A DNA stretch of 63,939 nucleotides, filler included, from Lenisia limosa (taxonomy: Eukaryota > Protista > Breviatea): assembly GCA_001655205.1 (NCBI GenBank). It is 18 parts of 18 records of this genome, joined end to end, with 100 filler letters (N's around TTAATTAATTAA, not from the genome) between each part and the next. Parts side by side here need not be neighbours in the genome. Positions count along the whole stretch, not along the records: positions 9,906 to 19,215 come from LPNZ01009708.1; positions 19,316 to 20,505 come from LPNZ01000990.1; positions 20,606 to 23,519 come from LPNZ01007266.1; positions 23,620 to 27,069 come from LPNZ01007976.1; 14 more parts are not named here. One strand, 5' to 3'. The position numbers and the translations under genes were made by a program. Shown here one piece after another: positions 13,012-26,600 of this stretch. Within the stretch, counting starts at the first letter, position 1; each line of letters starts with the position of its first letter. The notes under the pieces are model-generated. The model was not told where the DNA came from. It saw only the letters and a program-made list of their open reading frames with translations, and did not search any database.

Positions 13012-13071
13012 CCATGCCACTCGGACAGTTACCACTCAAAGAGTTCAAGCAACTGTCGTCACAAAAGGCGG
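13012..13071 (-). promoter_or_regulatory. SECIS element (type II-like, GUGA core) in the 3'UTR of the selenophosphate synthetase gene
   Basis: Minus strand: ccgcc-tttt-GTGAC-GACAGTTGCT-TGAA-CTC-TTT-GAG-T-GGTAACTGTC-CGAG-tggc. It has a UGAC/CGAG kink-turn quartet, a 10-bp helix II (8 WC + 2 GU), unpaired AA and a 3-bp apical mini-helix, about 150 nt after the stop. Confidence 0.85.
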
Positions 13072-13218
13072 GTAAACAGGAAAGGCGGAATTTGGGTGTT
13101 CAGATGAATCTGCTCATTCAAAAGAACTGTGAATATGAAAGGGATTAAGATAAGAAACGGCTACTGGCAAAGCCTGGAAAAGAAGAATAGAAAGAAGATA
13201 CCTCACAAAATCAAATAT

Positions 13219-15646
13219 CTAGATCGAAAAACGGTTGACTGAGTCCACAACTACGGCATGGGGCTTCTCGTCACCAACACAGGCACGGACCTAGAGGGGG
13301 TGAACATGACCGATAAAAGAGAAAGACGACAACAGCAAAGGAAAACGACAGAGCATGGAACCAACCTTTCCGATAATCCATGCAGGCTTGCCCTCAATAG
13401 CCATGATGTCATCAATGAAAGGCTGTGAGGGATAGGTTAGATTGTGCTATAAGATGCCACAATTGCAAATTCATTTCTTAGTAATTAGAACAGTAAAAAG
13501 AACGCCCATCCATCATCTTCATCAAAATACTCCAAGGTTTTACGAACCTGAGCATTGGCAGCAGGAAGGGCAATAAGAAGACCGCCAGAAGTTTCGGCCG
13601 ATTTGCCATCTTCAAGACTGATCCAGGTGTTTTTGGCTGAAAGGTGAGCTCAGGAGATTAAAAAAAAAACTCAGGTTAGACCCTAAATACACACACATAT
13701 CGATATACAAAAACAATCTGAGTATCTAGAAAATTACCCCAGCTCACCAATATCCAATGAATGAGGGAGGCATGGAAGGGCATTGATCTGGAGTAGGGTT
13801 ATTCATTAATCAAATAAAAACTAAATTATTAACAATACCCCACATACCTCCATGACGACCTTCTCATTTTGGGCCTTAGCAAGGTTATCAGCGTGACCAA
13901 GAAGTCCAAAGCCGGTAACATCAGTACATGCGTGGCCAGCTATATGGAATTAGACAACAATAGGAAATAATACAGAAGAAAACTAAACCCATAGAGCCAT
14001 AAAAATAAAAAAAAAATGGAGGGAGAAAAAAGCCTAACCTACCATGCTTATGCATAAGCTTAGCTCCCTCGAGATTAAGACGTGCCATTGAATCAGTAGC
14101 CTGGTAGTAGAGTTCATTCACTGTAAAAATTAGGAAAGAGATGAACAAGACTATGCTATTTGTGATTTGAAAAAAGAATAGGTACATCAGTGTGGATTCT
14201 AATGAGGGGTGGAGGGGGGGGGGGGGGGNNNNNNNNNNNNNNNNNNNNNNNNNNNNNNNNNNNNNNNNNNNNNNNNNNNNNNNNNNNNNNNNNNNNNNNN
14301 NNNNNNNNNNNNNNNNNGGTCACAACATTTTTGATCTTGGCAAACTGAGGGCTGTCAACACCCTAAAAATGTCATTCCAAGACGAAAATATATTGACGAC
14401 ATTCACGGTACAGAGATCCCTCCCACATGGTCGAGCCACTGCTTCGCGTTACTAGCAGATTGGGTGCCGATAGGCTTGGTGAGAATTAGAACGTCGCCAT
14501 CTACTGCGTTTTCAGGCCTGGGTGAGGAGGGGAAGGGTTAGAATATTCATAAATAAACAAAAGAAAAAATGCAATTCCAAAAACTTCCAACCTAATGAAT
14601 TCGTGCTCCATGAGAACGGAAGTTGCGACACCTCCAATGATAGGCCAGGGGTTCTTGACTGTCTGCCCACCAGTAACCTGAGTGGGTCACTTCATTTTGG
14701 GCTGTTTCACTTGTTATTCTATAAAAACGACAAAAAGGGTCCTAGCACCATTTTCTCATTGACAGAAAAAGCTCACCATTATAATAATCTCATACCTTAG
14801 TACCAGCTTCCTTGGCGAGATCATTGAAGCCTCGAATCATCTCAACTGTGACAATCTGAAACGGTTACAACTGAAACCAGAAGAAAGCCGGAGCAAATTG
14901 CTTTTGTGTGTGTCATAAAATAACCCACTTTTTGTTCCTCTTCAGTCATATCACGGGAAACTCCGAGAGTCATCAGCATGTTGTCGCAACGAACGATACC
15001 CTTTAAAATGAAATCCAGAAAGAACAATACGCATAAGGTTCATATTTACACGGGAAGTTGAGACGATATATACGATATGTATGCTAATGTGAAGGCTATC
15101 CATAAAAAAAATATATTGTGTATACGCTGTTCCAGTACCATGGCATAGAGATCACTAAGAACATTGGCACATGCGATCTTTCCTTGTTTGTAGGGGTCCA
15201 GCACGAGGGGGTAGAAGAAGTCAATGGTTTGGATCTGAAACCGTTATAACCCCGTCATAACCATGAAAATTCCATGAAAAGTAAGAGAACCGCAACAGAA
15301 GACCCCCATCGAACCATAGACTGATTGGTGATGCCAGTGGGGAGAATGGAGCAATCCATTCCAATGGTGTCATCGGCGAGGGTGTCCAGGTACGAGAGCA
15401 GTTGTTCCTGGGACACTTTGCAACCTGAAAGAAGTGAACACGTTCGGGGGAAAGACATTGTTCAACTCACAACCCTATCTTACCTCACCCCTTCAGTTTA
15501 GAGAAATCAGTGAGCTTGAAATCTGCCCTAAGGCCGATGGAAGTGGGATCAAACTCCTAAACAAATTAAACATGTGCCACAAAAATGTGATTGATATTTT
15601 CGTAACATGTAAACAACCACCGCCAATCTAAACATACCTTTGACAT
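13219..15646 (-). CDS. SEPHS2: Selenophosphate synthetase (SelD/SPS2 type), selenoprotein with UGA-Sec at 15485-15487; apparently complete, about 10 exons
   Basis: MSK|[25 protein letters not shown]|[116 protein letters not shown]. The last exon and stop position are less certain. Confidence 0.95.
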
Positions 15647-15876
15647 TGCAAAAGAAATGTTAAAATTAAAAAACAACAAGAAATTTTATACTCTGAATAA
15701 CTGGGGGTTCATTCAACCAGGAATTACATTATTAAATTGTTTTTTGTCTTTTTGCTTTAATTGGTAATGGGTACATTGGTAGCATTATAGTCTGTTTGTA
15801 TATTCATCATTGTCACAAAAGTGGGCACCCTGTAAGGGTCGGTGGTTTTTGGTATGCCCCCTCCCAGCTCACATAA

Positions 15877-18800
15877 GGTCCCAAAACCTGCTAATAATGT
15901 TCCACAAATTCCAAAATTGGTACATCCTGGAGAAAAATCCTTGGCTTCAAAGAAACCCGCCCCCAAACCTCTTGGGTGAGTCTCCTTCTTCTTTCTTCTT
16001 GTATTTATGAATGTTTAGTACAAAAGGTAGAAGCGGGCAGTCTTCGCTCAATGCTCTTCCCCTGAGACGCCAAGTACGTGCACCACTCTTTTGTTGATTT
16101 CATTTCTAGAACACAAGCACAGCAAGTGAAGGACACTCTAAGCTTGCACCAAGTTCTAATATTTATAATCAAGTGGGCTGACTTTTTGGGTTTTGTTCGG
16201 TTTGGGACGCTCCCTTTGGTATATTTTTTATTAATATTTTTTGTTTACTTACTTGTTCATTTTCTCATACATTGCCTTCAATTTATGGAATTCAGCTACT
16301 TCCTGGTTCCTTAATTTTAGAAGAGTCTCTTGCGGATGATGAGGTGGGTACAGATATCACATTAAAAAAATCTTCTTTTTCATTAATTAATCAGCATCAA
16401 CTCCGACTTACTCTTTGGGTTTGACGCTATAGGAACCTCATCAACAAGGAAAGGTCCTTCAAGTTGCTATATCAGCTCAAAAACAAATGCAAGTGAGATA
16501 AATAAACTTGGAATTTCTTTTTATCTTTATTTGTATCTTTTAGTCTGACAAGTCAGGCAATTGAATCCACCACCAGGGAACTGAGGGCAATTAAGGGCAG
16601 AGTATCAAATAACTTGGCTGCTCTGGAAAAAGCTGAGACTGAGGTATGCCGAAAGGTGACTTCTTTGTAACATGGGTGGAGCCGGCAACACACTACATCA
16701 TCTGTCACCTACTAACATGATTCAGATTAATTCACAAACCCTAAGACTGTTCACTCCTGATGAAATTGGTGCATATCGAATGGCAAGCTCAGGAGGGGTC
16801 CGAACTGGTCTGGGAGAACAATCACTGTTGTTTGAGATGATAACAATAGACTCGCTAATTTTCTAGGATCTGATCTCCCAACAGCGCAAACGCTAATGCA
16901 CGACGAGGTATCAAGACAAAGAGTTGTTGATCTCACACGAGGAAAGGTTCAGGTACGAATAATGGTCATTTGACTTGATAACATACTGTGATGATCTTTA
17001 TGTGTGCTCATTTTTAAGGTACTGATTGTTGATCACGAACGAATGATGATGGATCGTGACCAGGTTAGTTTAGAGGAGATTGAATTTGCCAATAATTATT
17101 CAACACAACTTAGTGTAAATCTTGCCTTTTTTTTCAAGTTTTGCATTGCCCAAGAACGCATTATGCTCTATCAATCATGATGTAATTAACTGTTGATGCA
17201 AGGCGTTAGCATCGTTGACGCAATGGTTCGCACACGCTCGTGATGACAAAGTTGATGAACTCGAGCCTGACAAGGAGGTTGCCAAACTTATCAAAGAAAG
17301 CGAGGTGAGACTTTTTTACAATGTCGACATTCTAACAATTACTAACTCCTCAGGGAAACCCCGAGGGCCCGTTTTCTTCAGTAAAGGATCAGGTGTCTTC
17401 TGCCAAAACAAGATTCCAAGATCTACACTCTGATATGGTTAGATTTGTGATAATTGTGTTTTTTTTAAAAAAAACGATTGCTTTCACTTTAAAATATACT
17501 TTGAAATGTGCCATATATTTGACAGCTTAGGTGGAACTCTTACGGCAAGAAATGGACAAAGACGGTGCTAAAACGGTAAGACTACAGTTTCTGTCACTTC
17601 ATATGATTTCGACTTAAATTTACTACTCAGAACCTTCCCATTTTGGAAAGCTCAGCTGAAACGATTGCGGTTCGGAAGAGGCTACAAGAATTGGAAGTAG
17701 AGAATAGGAAAATTTTAGGTGAGAGATCATTTGAATTGATCGTGTATCGCATTTACTGTTGATCTCCTTTAATTTGTCCTTTAGGGGATTTGGAATCTAC
17801 AACGGAGACACTAAGACAGGTGGAAGCTCGTAATGTTGTACTTGTGAGTTGGTTTTGTGTCATTTTTGAACTTTTATTTATTTTCAATTACTTCGTAGGA
17901 ACAACAACTCGATTCAAAGAGCTCTGAATTGGCATTGGCCCGAAGAGATGATGTATCTGGTGTTCGCAAGGCGAGAGAAGATGTAAGTATTGTGTTTCGA
18001 TGTCACCACAATTGAATACTGTTAGTTCTGTGAGTTTGCATTCGTTGTTGCGGTGATAGCTTCTTACTCCCCGTGTAGTACTATCAGCTTCAAGTTTTAG
18101 CCCAAGACAAGGAGCAGTCGATGAAGAAAGAAATTGAAGAATTACATTCACAAATTGATACCCTTCTTACTCGTGAATCAAAAGTTTGGAGGAATGGTAG
18201 ATTTTTTGGATTCTTGGCTCTTGTTTTCGTATGGTGTTGCTCAGTTTCTAATATTCATAATCTAGAACAATACTGAGTTGCAAACCCAGGCGCAAAGGAA
18301 TAGGGAGGTTGAAAAAGAACTATACATGGTCAGAACCTCTGCCAACAAGCAAGACCTCGCTTTTAGAAAGTCAGTCACGGGTGACGGCTTTCCATTTCAC
18401 TTTCACCACTATAATTGAACAGTTATATCAAGTGCATATGTACTACATTTTTTATGCAATACCCCTTCTTTCTGTCACATTGCAGGACTAAATTAGCCCT
18501 TGAGGCAGAAATCCGTTCTTTGACAGGCGATATTGCTGCAAAGGTATGATTAATTCAATAACGGGGGGGGGGGGGNNNNNNNNNNNNNNNNNNNNNNNNN
18601 NNNNNNNNNNNNNNNNNNNNNNNNNNNNNNNNNNNNNNNNNNNNNNNNNNNNNNNNNNNNNNNNNNNNNNNNNNNNNNNGATGAGAAGCTCAGATCAAGA
18701 CGATTGAGCGTTGGTCTTAACTTATTCTCTTCAGGAAAAGCTAGGTAGCAAAGCAAGAGCCATGTTACAAGCCGAACTCGACAAAGAACGCCAAAGGGTA

Positions 18801-19110
18801 GTTCATAGAATTGCTTTGGAGGTTGGTACCTGCTTCATTTGTTTGCAGTTTAGAGTTTTTTTCTCACGAAATACCCTTGTGAAGTGTCTGGTATGTATTC
18901 GGATGATATTATATAAAAGCATTGTATTCTCCATCTACTTGAAAACCGTAGTATAATGCTAAACTGACGCACATAGGCTGAACAAAGAATGGCAAGGCTT
19001 CGTCAAGAACACAATAAGAAACTCAAATCATTGGAAAACGAGCATCGAGTAAGTCTCCAAAGAAAGCAAACTGAAATCCGTCGCGCTGAGAGCAGTACAC
19101 ACTTGAAGGT
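15877..19110 (+). CDS. Large multi-exon coiled-coil protein of unknown family
   Basis: More than 15 short GT-AG exons, e.g. AIESTTRELRAIKGRVSNNLAALEKAETE, RKRLQELEVENRKIL, KARAMLQAELDKERQRVVHRIALE. Start and end are approximate. Confidence 0.6.
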
Positions 19111-19215
19111 TTGAACCCCTTATGGTTGCGTTTTGCCCTCCTCACATGTGATAATATAATAATAATAACCTGATATCATATGATACATATACATGTATAG
19201 GTGACCATACATAAC

Positions 19216-19315
19216 NNNNNNNNNNNNNNNNNNNNNNNNNNNNNNNNNNNNNNNNNNNNTTAATTAATTAANNNNNNNNNNNNNNNNNNNNNNNNNNNNN
19301 NNNNNNNNNNNNNNN
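19216..19315. other. Artificial scaffold spacer
   Basis: 44N+TTAATTAATTAA+44N. Confidence 0.97.
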
Positions 19316-19420
19316 GCAAGAAAATACACAAAATAACCAATCTACACTCCTATTAGTACCCCCCCTTTATATATTATATACACATACATATATAGAATAC
19401 ATACTATCATCCATATATAG

Positions 19421-19484
19421 AGTGACCTGGATAAGTCTTGACCAATATACCTTGGGTTCACATAGAAAAACGATCCCGGTCACT
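19421..19484. mobile_element. Small inverted-repeat element family E (cagtgaccgggataagtcttgacc)
   Basis: agtgacc..ggat ... atcccggtcact here. taagtcttg...caagactta at 19761-19826. Half copies at 27371-27406 and 51043-51082 (rc). Confidence 0.55.
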
Positions 19485-19603
19485 GTATAGCTATATGAAA
19501 TATATACAGTATATAATATGATATATTATATATGATATATATTAGCTACAGTATATGATATAAAATACACGTATCTATTAAAAATAATTCCCTCTTGCTC
19601 CTC

Positions 19604-20490
19604 ACCTGTAAGACTAAAATATCTCCGACGCCCGAGCCGGATGGGGCAATACAATGCGCAAAATCAGGCCGGATCATGGGGCGAAGGTCGTCTAAAGTCA
19701 GGGACCTTAAGGTGATAAGATGGGGGGGAGGTAACAGTTCTATTTTCAGCTTGTAGTGCACGGTGACCGGATAAGTCTTGACAAATTTGTAACATAATTT
19801 CCCAAGGGAAATATGACAAGACTTACTGTATGTAAGATCAAATATTACACATGGATATCAATTTTCAACAAATTTAAAATTCATATTTGAAATACCATTA
19901 CCTAAAGCCCCGTACCTCACACCACCCTGCAAGCTCAGAGCACCCGAGCTCGGAACACAAGCATTTACCAAAAATGCCTCCACAGCCAGGACACAAAGCT
20001 GCTCAGGAGCATTGACGTTGATTGAGAAATCGTCTTCGGATGGTTCCAAGCCCGAGGCGGTAGCCTCAATTATGGATCTGGGGGGGGGGAGGGTAAATTG
20101 GAAAATTAATGNNNNNNNNNNNNNNNNNNNNNNNNNNNNNNNNNNNNNNNNNNNNNNNNNNNNNNNNNNNNNNNNNNNNNNNNNNNNNNCCAAATCAATT
20201 CTGTTGGCTGACAGCACAAACGTTGATAACAACAAAACAAACAAAGCTCTGGACAGTTGCGTCTGCAACATAGGGGAGAGGTTATAAAACAAATGTAAAT
20301 GACACTTGGTCTAAAATACCAAACTCCAAACAAATTCTGCAATACCACTCCCCTCAAACCCGTCAACAGTGGCAAGGGCAAAACCCTTAAGATCGTCAAT
20401 GAACGAGATTTGGGCTTTGGGGAGTGTGAGCGTTAGATGCAGCCTGTCAGGTCCCAGGGCTGAGAACGCCTCTGTGGAGGAGCGTGGTCC
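19604..20490 (-). CDS. Hypothetical protein, internal exons
   Basis: Exons DRLHLTLTLPKAQISFIDDLK, INVNAPEQLCVLAVEAFLVNAC and LDDLRPMIRPDFAHCIAPSG, with GT-AG ends. Weakly reminiscent of the VPS13 family; not established. Confidence 0.45.
20078..20250 (-). repeat. Intron 3'-end cassette, module A (gap inside)
   Basis: Sense ttgttgttatcaacgtttgtgctgtcagccaacagaattgatttgg..ttttccaatttaccctcccccccccAG. Confidence 0.75.
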
Positions 20491-20505
20491 TGGGAGGGGG
20501 GGGGG

Positions 20506-20605
20506 NNNNNNNNNNNNNNNNNNNNNNNNNNNNNNNNNNNNNNNNNNNNTTAATTAATTAANNNNNNNNNNNNNNNNNNNNNNNNNNNNNNNNNNNNNNN
20601 NNNNN
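20506..20605. other. Artificial scaffold spacer
   Basis: 44N+TTAATTAATTAA+44N. Confidence 0.97.
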
Positions 20606-20793
20606 CTCCCCCCCCCCCCTTCCCTTTGTTTTATTATAGAATATCTGTGGGGTTTATATAATTGGTTTCTATTTCGAATATCAAAAGTATGGAAATACAG
20701 AAAATCAAAAAGACGTAGTAGTTTCATAAAAACCATTATACGGTCAGTTTAATGGTTTCTTCGAATTATTTTAAGCTTGCATGACCTCTTTAG

Positions 20794-23519
20794 GCATGAT
20801 TACAAAGGTGTTGAACATGAATCCTCCTGAAGTTCTCGGATTGCTTGAAGAAGGTGGGTTGATTTTTCTATTTAATACTTAAAAATTTATGAAACTTTTG
20901 CCTTTTTTTTTTTTTTTAGCTTTTNNNNNNNNNNNNNNNNNNNNNNNNNNNNNNNNNNNNNNNNNNNNNNNNNNNNNNNNNNNNNNNNNNNNNNNNNNNN
21001 NNNNNNNNNNNNNNNNNNNNNNNNNNNNNNNNNNNNNNNNNNNNNNNNNNNNNNNNNNNNNNACCTCCCCCCTCCGGGCTTAAATGCCCTTTGAAGCGAC
21101 TTTGTTTATTTTGTTGTTTTTAACCCCCATCAACATACATGTTGTTGATTAGTTTCACAAATTTCCTTTGTTTTTACCTCCCCCCCCCCCTCAGCTGCCG
21201 GAACCCGCATGTTTGAAGATAAGAAAAACGCTGCAGAGCGCACGATTGAGAAGAAGGAGAAGAAGGTCGCAGATATCAATCAGGTTGGTTGGTGACCCGC
21301 TGACTGATTGGTCTTTCCTTTTGCTCAACAGTCTTATAGTTTAGACTGAACTTCTCTCTATATATATCGATATTGTACCAGTCTTTCTTGGGGCTTCAGA
21401 AATCCATGTCTATTGAGGAGTAATATTATTTTATTTCTCTGTTCGTGATAATCCTTCTTTTCTATTTAAACAGTTAAAGCATGCCTTTTATTTCCTAGAT
21501 TCTCCAAGAGGAATTGACCCCGACAATCGAACGCCTCAAGAAGGAGAGGGCCGCCTACCTCAAATGGTATGTTCACGGCTTCCATGCAGCCTCAAAAAAA
21601 AAGGCTGAGTGAACCGCCGCTTATCCCTCGATAAATAGCAGTAATTAACTGAAATACTTTGGAACATGAAACACAACTATAGCTCCATCATTTCCTTTAG
21701 TAGCGTACGGCTTCGACAGATACGCTCTTGTGCTGTCTATGTTTGACACACTAACAATCAAGGTCGTCCAACAATACTGAAATCGAGAGTCTGACCCGTT
21801 TCGACATTGCCTATGATTGGTTCCGTGCTACTGTGGGCAAGGATGGAGAGGGGGAGAGGTGTATTTATTTATCATGTTGCTCTTTCACCATTTCTATTTT
21901 CCTCCTCCCCCCCCCCCCCNNNNNNNNNNNNNNNNNNNNNNNNNNNNNNNNNNNNNNNNNNNNNNNNNNNNNNNNNNNNNNNNNNNNNNNNNNNNNNNNN
22001 NNNNNNNNNNNNNNNNNNNNNNNNNNNNNNATAACTTTTTTTGTTACAACAAGTCAGATAAAGGTGTATGATGGCAGGAGATTGTTCGGGATCATTGCTC
22101 CCACTAAGCATCAATGTTCTTATCTAATAGCAAATGGCTGGAGAGTCGGAAGCGAAGTTGGCGAAAGACACTAAAGAAGTGGAGGAGATGAAGGAGAAGT
22201 TCACTGCCAACCGCACAAAGAACGACCATTACGCTGACAAGATTGACCAGGCCATTAAGGATCGCTCCGGGGTATGCTCAGGGCATATAGGAAGGTCTAA
22301 TTTGAAAAAGGTGTTAATTTGTGCCACAGAGAAGGGGGTATACATAATTTCTAAACCCTCCAAGAATATTAATGTTTTTTTTTTACATTAAACCACAGCT
22401 AACTTTGCTAGGAAGCCGATGACAAGTTCAAGGCCGCTGAGAAAGACTTGAAGGACATGAAGGCCGTGAGGGGTTTAAGAAGTTGACACACACATTGCTG
22501 AAATTCCGATTCTCGATATCAAGACAAACCTCTCTGTTAAGGAATAATGATGCATAAATATGTTATTCTTTTTTTTTTTTTTTGTGACATGAAACGATCT
22601 AATGTTCCATTTTGACAGTACTAACCAAGCCAGGTGTTTACGAAGGTTAAGACCAAAGTTGAGTTGAAGGAATCCGCTTTGGAGAAGCAGAAGAAGTCAA
22701 TCAAGGAGGTTGAGAAGAAAATGATTGAGGTTGGTGGGGAAGGCGTTATCGTTTTCACAATCACCTCATGAGCTGTATTATGGTTTGTCTCATTTTCTCC
22801 AGTCTGCCAAGGAAATGACTAAGCTTGGTGAGACTGCTAGCGCTCTCGAGAAAAAGTCAACTGAAGCGAAAGTGGGAGCGGCTGGCTTTGGGTTAGAAGT
22901 TGATAGTAAAAGAGTAAGTACATATATATATATATATAGATATAGATATATATCTCATTATCATCAACAACAAATGGGTGAAAATAAGCTCACCTGTGCT
23001 AACCTTTGATACCCTCTTGTCCTCCACGCAATGACTGTATAGACTGAATGGAAGGACAAGACCAGTGAGCTGAGCGGCCTTCATTCTCAGTTGTCGCAAC
23101 TCAATGTTTGAAGGGACCTTCTATAATTGGCTCTATACAATACTTTCATTATTGTGACAGTGTGGATGGCTTTGGCCAGATACTTCTTGAAAGGATTGGT
23201 TTTTTCACGACTCATTCCCCAGGCGGGTATTGCAGCAGAAGGCAACCAGTCACTGGTAGAGAAAATTGACGGTTTGCTGAATTGGGGTGTTGAGACAGAC
23301 TTATACATCTTATCTTGCTGCCTCTTTTCTTCAGAGGGAGAAAATCCAAGTATATTGGCAATCGCAATGGACTTGTCAACTCGCGAGGGGGCTCAGTATC
23401 ATTGAGCTTCAACCCGACCATAAGTACCAGATTAACCACACAGCGGCCAAGAAGCTTGCAGCCGAATCGGGAACAACAGCCAAGAAAACCAACCTTCGAA
23501 TGAGCCACTTCAAGAAGGA
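20794..23519 (+). CDS. SMC2: Condensin subunit SMC2, N-terminal coiled-coil portion; both ends truncated
   Basis: GMITKVLNMNPPEVLGLLEE|AAGTRMFEDKKNAAERTIEKKEKKVADINQ|ILQEELTPTIERLKKERAAYLKW is the SMC2-specific stretch after the head. Coiled-coil exons follow. Confidence 0.87.
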
Positions 23520-23619
23520 NNNNNNNNNNNNNNNNNNNNNNNNNNNNNNNNNNNNNNNNNNNNTTAATTAATTAANNNNNNNNNNNNNNNNNNNNNNNNN
23601 NNNNNNNNNNNNNNNNNNN
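23520..23619. other. Artificial scaffold spacer
   Basis: 44N+TTAATTAATTAA+44N. Confidence 0.97.
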
Positions 23620-23685
23620 TGTTAGGGGGACATTTTGAATATTAATAACCCCCCCCCCCAGAACAATACCAAATATTCCAATGCC

Positions 23686-26600
23686 TACAGTCGATCAGCG
23701 ACATGCACATGAACTCGAGACCCGCTGCAACAACCTAAAGGGGTCATGAGGTTGTTAGAGGGAGGGTAAAACGAGGGAAATTTCGATGAAGAATATTGGC
23801 GTGAAGGTATTAATCACGGATTTTGAAAATTAATAAATAAAAGGGTCCAAAATCAACGCTGTTGGTTTACTACACACGAGGGTTGATAACAACAAAACAA
23901 ACAAAGCTATTAATCTATTGGGAGGGGGAGGGAAAAATTCTTGTGGTTATATACATATAATTAGTATATACAGAGTCCTTCAATTCGCAACGCAAGTCCC
24001 ATATCAAACCTTTGGTGACGCCTTGTTCAATTCAATGGCAGTCGTGAGCGGCCTGATGAAATTCGAGCTAATGCTCCAATCATCTAGTTCGTTAATTGTT
24101 TCACACAAAAGTCAAAAATATATTTAGTATCATATACTACTATATCATATACTATGTGATTATCACAAGTGGATAAGGGACATTTCAACTCACATGATGA
24201 TCACTATGGTTTATAAAAAACACAAGGGCTCATCACGAGTGCAACAGAGTCAAAAACAAAGGTTTACACGTCTGAAAATAACCCACAAAAGCGATAAAAT
24301 TGAAGGTATACATTTATATTATATATTACTATTATACTATATGAAAGATGTACTATATATGATATACTATACCACAGGACAATTGTAACTATATAATAGG
24401 AAAATTTCAGGTTGCCTTCGACCCCACAAACTCTCGACAAGTCGACTTAACATGCTGATACAGAGGAATGCGGTCTGGGAAGTGAATGCATGTAATGGAG
24501 ATTGATGATGAATGCATCTAATGGAGGTTTAGCATGATGATGCCGTGTTATCACGTTGAAGATCAGAACTGAATTAGCAGGAAAACACCCACTTTGGATG
24601 ACAGTTCTGTTGGTAAATACTTGAGGACTAAATGAGCCACTTCTTCCTTCAAGCTGTCCGTTAGAACTACATTGTTAGGTTCATTCATGTATGCTGATGG
24701 TGTTCATGGTATTTTTCATTTTAGTTATTTAATTTTGTTAGGAACAAAGAGCTGTCTTGTTAGAAGGGTTTCTCAATGGTTTAAGGTTAATTAAGGATTT
24801 ATCAAGGGTTTATTATCAAGGGGTTATCAAGGGTTTGTCGATATGATATGATACCTCATATCCACTCGTATGATAATTGAACAACAGGTCTCAATGATAC
24901 TCTGATACACTCGGGATGAACCCTCGTGTTATCTTCGTTCATCATTTTGACCCAAATTATAGCCATTTGATCATATCCCCCTACTGTCGGCTGCTGCGAT
25001 GAAAAACTCCAAGCCGACAACGAAGCGATTTGATGAGGAGGGGATCTCGCGGAGGATATGGAGCACGAGAAGGGCGAGCTTGGCTGGGAGGTGAGAAGAG
25101 ATATTGAGAACTGTGAAATAATGGATATTGTGTAATATTAATTATTTGTCTTACAACTCTGTGTACACAGCTTGCAATATCTACACCACAATAACATTCA
25201 CACAAATACACCCACATATTACATTCACACAAGGGGGGTAATATACCCTTTGCCACATTCGGTATGCTCTTGAAAGTTGCATTATTCCCCCCTGCAGGCA
25301 TGGTGCTTACTTATTGTTCCTGGTTCAATTTCAAGCGCGGACGGGCCTGAAATGGTAACGAAAATGGTCAAAGAAAATAGGGGAAATGGGACCTTCGGAG
25401 TAATGGGGGGGGGGGNNNNNNNNNNNNNNNNNNNNNNNNNNNNNNNNNNNNNNNNNNNNNNNNNNNNNNNNNNNNNNNNNNNNNNNNNNNNAAATTCTAT
25501 CATACATTATATTCCATATGATAATGATATAGTATACATATCATATCATATACTATATAGTATATATATTTTTATATACATGTAATATACATATCATATA
25601 ATATGATATATCTGATATACTATATAGACTTTATATTCTAGTTTGAAAATTAAGCATGACATGTACTAATTCATATGATCATTTTGAGCTTACTTATGAC
25701 AGTAATTTGCTTGAGAAGAATAAGGGCCAGGAGAATGATAGGTGGGTCACTAGTGTACTTAGTCAGTGCTATGACTAACAGAGCTGGGAAGTCCAGAGAT
25801 GAGATGCACTCTTCTGCCTCGCCTGAGGGTTGATAAGATTAAAGACAGCTTGGATAATGTTAAAGATAGTTAGGGTGATGTTAACGACAGAACTGCACAG
25901 GTTACATGTGTCTATAGGGTAGACCATACTTGATGTTGTTGAAACGAAACAAAAAAACACAAAAAAAAACTGAGTTTAAAATCCATGATAAAATGAAACC
26001 ATCCCACTCGAGGCACACAGCGTGGAAAAGAAGGCAAGGGTCTTGAGGAATAGTCGGCCATTCGATCTGTGGCGATCTGATACACTGAAAGCCAGACCAT
26101 GGACGTCGTTTTGGATGAGCAGATCACATAGATCGTCTGAAATGGATCAGAGTAGTCAATATAATAAGGAATAATAAATGTCATATAGAATACTATACGG
26201 ATATCATTATATGTCATGAGGAACAATCAATTGAATTACTAATAAGAAATAGTNNNNNNNNNNNNNNNNNNNNNNNNNNNNNNNNNNNNNNNNNNNNNNN
26301 NNNNNNNNNNNNNNNNNNNNNNNNNNNNNNNNNNNNNNNNNNNNNNNNNNNNNNNNNNNNNNNNNNNNNNNCGTCCCCTCCCTCCCCCCATAGAGAGCTA
26401 TAGAGTTCCCTCCCCCCATAGAGCGCTATAGAGTTCCCTCCCACCCCTAGTAGCAGTCCACCTCAGGGCAGTAAGGCTGGCGAACACGAAGGTCTGAGAC
26501 TCGAGGTAGAGACTCAGTGACACCAGTATAACGTCAACCATTTCAGCGTCCAATGCATTTCGAGCTTCTTCTGGGGGGGTGATTGGAAAATTTATTTTTT

